NCBI GenBank assembly: GCA_029838215.1
Contig: JALGVI010000006.1
Span: forward strand, 38,385-102,384
DNA length: 64,000 bases
From: Candidatus Helarchaeota archaeon
GTDB taxonomy: Archaea > Asgardarchaeota > Lokiarchaeia > Helarchaeales > RDOG01
Reading direction: 5' to 3'
Below, piece by piece: positions 59,969-64,000 of this stretch. The number at the start of each line of letters is the position of its first letter. The first letter of the stretch is position 1. The translations under genes were made by a program, and so were the position numbers. The notes beneath the pieces were generated by a model that saw nothing but the letters and a program-made list of their open reading frames with translations, was not told the DNA's origin and ran no database searches.

Positions 59969-60616
59969 TTATTTTACCAAAATCGCTCGAGCTGGAACTC
60001 CTTCAGCTCCAAAAACTTTCAACGGAAGACAGATTAGAGTGTATCTACCGGGAGGAACGTCATGAAGAGTAATACCCTCAAGAATCAGGATGTTCTCTTT
60101 TAAAAGAATGACGTGCGCGGGGTGTTTTTCGTTTTTAAATTGATCTATTGTGATATAATCAATTCCAACAAGTTTAACGTTTTTTTCCATGCAGAAACGT
60201 GCGGCTTCGGCTGAAACATGCACGTATTCCTCAGAGAAAGTACCTGCACGACTGCGCCCACTTGAAGAATTTTTGGTTTTAAAAAGAATGGCATCCCCAG
60301 GGCCTATTGGAAGCGAAGATAGTTCTGATGGCATCACGGCATTTTCATTCGTGATTTCAGCAACCAAAGCAGGAAGAATAAAAGTTTCAATGGGAAATTG
60401 TTCACTTGACTTTGCGCCAGGAAGAAAATGAAGCGGAAAATCCAGGTGCGTGCCTGCATGTGAAGACATCTCTAATTTCGAAAGATTACAGGAATTACCG
60501 CTCTTTAGAGACTCGACAAAATCCAAGGAGTACTCAGGATCGCCGGGATATGTTATTGATTCCATGCCAAGCATGATGCTAATGTCATGAATCGTCGTGA
60601 ATCGCTTCATTTTCAA
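59969..60616 (-). CDS. Cyclase family protein (kynurenine formamidase-like)
   Basis: YPGDP, HAGTHLDFP, VGID..TID, H..LL, LPLK..GAEG.PARA. Confidence 0.93.
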   Translation of the reverse strand: MKMKRFTTIHDISIMLGMESITYPGDPEYSLDFVESLKSGNSCNLSKLEMSSHAGTHLDFPLHFLPGAKSSEQFPIETFILPALVAEITNENAVMPSELSSLPIGPGDAILFKTKNSSSGRSRAGTFSEEYVHVSAEAARFCMEKNVKLVGIDYITIDQFKNEKHPAHVILLKENILILEGITLHDVPPGRYTLICLPLKVFGAEGVPARAILVK

Positions 60617-60637
60617 GACTAAAAAAAGAATGAAGAT

Positions 60638-62367
60638 TTATAAATGACATTCCGTTCGAGCAATAACGTCGTTTTGGGCTGTTTTTGACAATTCGGTAAA
60701 ATAAACCGAGTAACCTGCAATTCGCACGACGAGACTGCGATATTCGTCGGGGTTCTTTTGTGCATCGAGTAAAGTTTCCTTACCAACAATGTTAAATTGG
60801 ACGTGATATCCTCCTTGAGAACCAAAAAAAGTTCGAATTAATGGAGGAAACTTATCCAAGTTCAGGGCATTCGGATGGAAAGCCAAGATCAAGGAATTTC
60901 CATTCGTCATTAAGTCATTAGGAAGCTTCATTACGGAATTTAGGACCGCCGTAGGACCATCTTTGTCCATTCCGTGTGTAGGACCTAATCCGTTCGACAA
61001 AGGCACGCCGAGTTTTCGTCCATCAGCCGATGCTCCAGTAAAAGCCCCAAATGCAATGTGAAAAGATGTAGAATAAATGCCGGGATTGTACTTGCCTCCT
61101 CGGTAATTCGTATACCCAGCAATTTCTTCACAATATGCTCTGGCCACGTCAACGGCAATCTGGTCTACATAATCATCATCATTACCGAATTTCGGGACCT
61201 TATTAATGAAAATCTGGCGCCATTCTTTTGCCTTCTTACCCCGATACGTCCCCTTGAAATTTCGCCTGAGCATTTCTGCAAGTTCTTCGAATGAAAGAAG
61301 CTTGTCCTCAAAAACGATTTTTTTTATCACCGCAAGACTATCGGCAACAGTTGCCAGACCAACCAACTGAGGTCCCGTAAAATCGTAAACCGCACCACCT
61401 TTAGTTATGTCCAAACCTTTTTCGATGCATTCGTCAGTTGTTGCGGATAGAAATGGTTGTGGATCCCAATCAGCAATGGATGCATCTAGCTTCTCCATTG
61501 TCAAGACCATGTACTTGATGAAATACTTCATTTGAGCGATGAATGCTTCCCATAAACCTTCGTATGAATTTATTTCTTTACTTCGCTTCAATCCATATTT
61601 GGTACCAACACAAGTATCAAGACCATTAGAGATCGTTATCTCCAAGCATTTAACAATGTTCAATTGGTTTGCATTGGTCGATCCAAAGGATTTATGTGGG
61701 TGTTGCGGCTCCACGCAGCCTATAGGTGCATATTCACGGGCATCCTCAAGAGAGAATCCGCGATTAACGAGTCCCTTTACCATTACTCGATCGTTAAAAA
61801 GTGCAATGCTGGCGCCTGCCTTTATGGCTTCTCCGGCTTTGTAGAGCAATTTGTCGGGAGTGTTTTCGTTAATTCGAATGGAGAAAGTTGGTTGTACCGT
61901 TTTCAACCGAGCATATGCATCAAGAATGAGATACGTGAGATCGTTAGTTGCATCATTTCCATCTCGATCGAGTCCACCAATGGTTAGGTTCTCAGCAATC
62001 GGCGGACCTTCAGCCGCAACCACGCCTTTATTTAAAACATAATTCCACAATGTCGTCAATTTTATGAAGAAACTTTCAATTAAAAACTGAGTGAATTCAT
62101 CGGAAATGGTGCCTGCAGTTTTGTCCTTCACGTAATATGGATAAAGATACTGATCCAGCCTTCCATTGCTTTTGCAAACCGGATGACTTGTGGTTCTCCC
62201 TTAGTTTTCTTATAGGACTCCGTGAATAATCGTGCTCGCTCCAAGCATATTTCAAAAGGAGACGAAACGACTTTTTTCTTTAGTATTTCAGTCCGTTTCT
62301 TGTAAGCAGAAATAATAAATTGATCTTGTAACATGAAATTCGCCAGAAATAAATCATTTTTCTTCAT
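60638..62367 (-). pseudogene. Glycyl radical enzyme (PFL2/choline lyase/diol dehydratase-like superfamily) with a large out-of-frame internal deletion
   Basis: The N-part ICLERARLFTESYK.T.GEP.VIR.AKAM abuts GRLDQYLYPYY in another frame at a shared GGAA (62161-62164). The C-part keeps IGCVE (Cys loop) and RIAGYS (Gly radical). About 565 aa total versus roughly 800 typical for the family. Confidence 0.85.
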
Positions 62368-62532
62368 GCATGAAAAATTTGAAACTAAATCACTTCAAAT
62401 AAGATTTTCTTAATACGTGGATAAAAATAATACTAATCAAAATCATCATGACAGATAATTCAATCGTTTTTCAAGCTAAAAGAAAAAAGCAGTAATCAAC
62501 TAGTCTGCGGCAAGAATATGTCCAATAGGAAG

Positions 62533-62810
62533 TCACAATTTGTCTATTATGCTCTTTCCAACGGACTGCGTGATCTTGAATCCAAAATGATTTTTGGGAT
62601 CTTTTTTCAGGTTCACCTCACCATTGAATTCAGCAAAATCGTCCATATTGCCGGACCAATCTTCCAAGATCTCACCATAGCAGTTTCCAAACTTCTCTTT
62701 TATCTCATTCAAATAATCAAGAATTTTCTTTTTTTTAATTTTTCTGGAGAATTTTCAATTTCCCATGACCGACAAAAATATGTAAATCTAACTGCTTTTT
62801 CCAAAATCTC
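62533..62810 (-). pseudogene. Gene fragment, probably truncated by the adjacent IS, with a frameshift in an A8 run
   Basis: EILEKAVRFTYFCRSWEIENSPEKLKK / KKILDYLNEIKEKFGNCYGEILEDW...IIDKL*; no start codon, and the frame opens immediately after CTAG (62811-62814). Confidence 0.4.
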
Positions 62811-62849
62811 CTAGACCGTAGGAGATATAAAGGTTTGAGAGAACTATAG

Positions 62850-64000
62850 ACCGGTCAATAAAATTCTAGCAGGTGATTATTGAGAAATGTCTAGAAAATT
62901 TTTCCAAACCGTGACCATCACGGTCAATAAAATTGGTACTCAGGTTGAAGTACCGATTCTCTGCCCGAATTCTCCGAGAGGATGTAAGTCCGAAAATCTC
63001 GTGCGGAAAAATTTCTTCGTCAAGGAAGGTTCGATGCAAAAAACCTTAAGAATTTGCTAAATTGTTCCGATTCCACGCTGTCCCGAATTTTTGAAACCAT
63101 CATCAACGCCGTAAATGGCTCAAAATCGCTCGCCCAACTGTGGACTTCGCCGAAGACGGCGGAAGCAGTTTTTGTCGACGAGACTTGGATCAACATTGAT
63201 CGCCGGGTTTTTTACCTGATCGCCGCCGTCAACGACCAAAAAGAGGTCTTGGCATGGGATTTGGTCAAGCGGCGCACGTCAGTCCGAATTATAGAAATCC
63301 TAAGGCGCGCGGAAACACGGACGGGGGGACCGATTTCGATCCTCGTGTCCGATGACTTTTCCACCTACAAGGGCGTGGCAACCGGCTTGGGATACGATTT
63401 GGTTCACGTGAGGCACGTGCACAAGCCGCCATACGGGAGAATCTGTATCGATTTGATCCGCCACGCCGAGAAAAGCGTGAAGACCATCCACGCGGCCACG
63501 ACCAATGACATCTTTCTAAATGAGAACACTTTCTTGGTGCAAGTTTCCGAATCCGAGAAAACCAAACATGAAACCGGCAAGCGCGGGCGAAAAAGGGGAG
63601 GAAAGAATCGTCCCAAGAAAATCATCAAAGCCGAGAAGAAATTGAAACACGCGCGGAAAAAAAGAGGACCCAAAGATCCCTTTAAAAATGCGAGAACACA
63701 CGTGTATCATTATTACAAGAAAAAAGGGGTGATTGGAGCCTTGGGAGACTCCAATCTTGAGGTTGCCGGGTCCCTTAAAAGTCTAGCAGGTGTCTTTAAA
63801 GGAAAATGCGTCACGACAAACCTCATAGAACAAGAGTTCAGCATCCTTAAAAAACTTATCGATTTTCGGGGAAAACGGACGAGAAGTGGCTGGATTTCGA
63901 CGATAAATTTTTTCTTCACGATTCGCGCAAACCCTCAAATCTTGAAGGAAGCCCTTTCTGGGCTGAAGATCTGCCCCCAAGTCCTGCACCGGCTGCCCTT
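62850..64000 (+). mobile_element. Insertion sequence with DDE transposase (IS1/IS6-like architecture: Zn-finger remnant, HTH, DDE); damaged 5' part, runs off the right edge
   Basis: ATG 62887 MSRKFFQ...CPNSPRGCKSENLVRK. A second frame is open from 62988 to the end: HTH-like AKNLKNLLNCSDSTLSRI, VFVDETW (D, 63177), VSDDFSTY (D, 63351), TTNLIEQEFS.LK (E, 63828). GC is visibly higher than the flanks. The left boundary is approximate. Confidence 0.85.
62852..62934. repeat. 14-bp direct repeat near the IS left end
   Basis: cggtcaataaaatt at 62852-62865 and 62921-62934; hairpin accgtga-cca-tcacggt at 62908-62924. Confidence 0.6.

Noticed and set aside
62518-62814. 98-aa plus-strand ORF
   Set aside because: The opposite strand gives a more protein-like (frameshifted) reading.
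63038-63044. IS1-type programmed -1 frameshift at AAAAAAC
   Set aside because: The motif is phased as A_AAA_AAC in the downstream frame, not the upstream frame. The missing second CxxC fits a deletion better.
63231-63248. Apparent frameshift in the transposase near VNDQ
   Set aside because: A recount shows five A's, so the frame is continuous (VNDQKEVLAW).
63300-63989. Short minus-strand ORFs at the right end
   Set aside because: They are antisense to the open transposase frame.
1-64000. tRNA, rRNA, SRP or RNase P RNA genes
   Set aside because: I saw no GC-rich structured segment or T-loop/anticodon architecture in the intergenic gaps by eye; a covariance-model search was not run.

Overview
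This is an AT-rich archaeal chromosomal segment, most likely from an Asgard archaeon of Lokiarchaeia/Promethearchaeota type. That assignment is inferred from TBP, a Rab-like small GTPase, a tandem MIT-like protein, multi-PAS proteins and an archaeal methanogenesis marker-9 domain. 1-4 kb holds two tandem paralogous multi-PAS sensors; the complete one has no output domain. 4.3-14.6 kb is a defence-like island: four DNA methyltransferases with no recognisable restriction enzyme, a nucleotide pyrophosphatase/alkaline-phosphatase-family gene coupled to one of them, an ABC/AAA ATPase plus TOPRIM-like pair, and a gene with a histone-H1-like Lys-rich repeat tail that needs two -1 shifts at identical A_AAA_AAG heptamers. 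15-62 kb is mostly metabolic and housekeeping: Fe-S and B12/radical-SAM proteins, DtxR, a ThDP enzyme, two phosphohexomutases with glmS, an ABC importer, tbp, purM, purN, TatD, an MNT-HEPN fusion, stand-alone PEP-utiliser domains, an FG-GAP propeller, thiolase and AK6. purM, a glycyl radical enzyme and the terminal transposase each appear to have an out-of-frame internal deletion at a short microhomology; this could be real decay or an assembly artefact. A DDE transposase runs off the right edge. I saw no rRNA, tRNA or CRISPR array. All assignments are from motif recognition only; no database searches were run.
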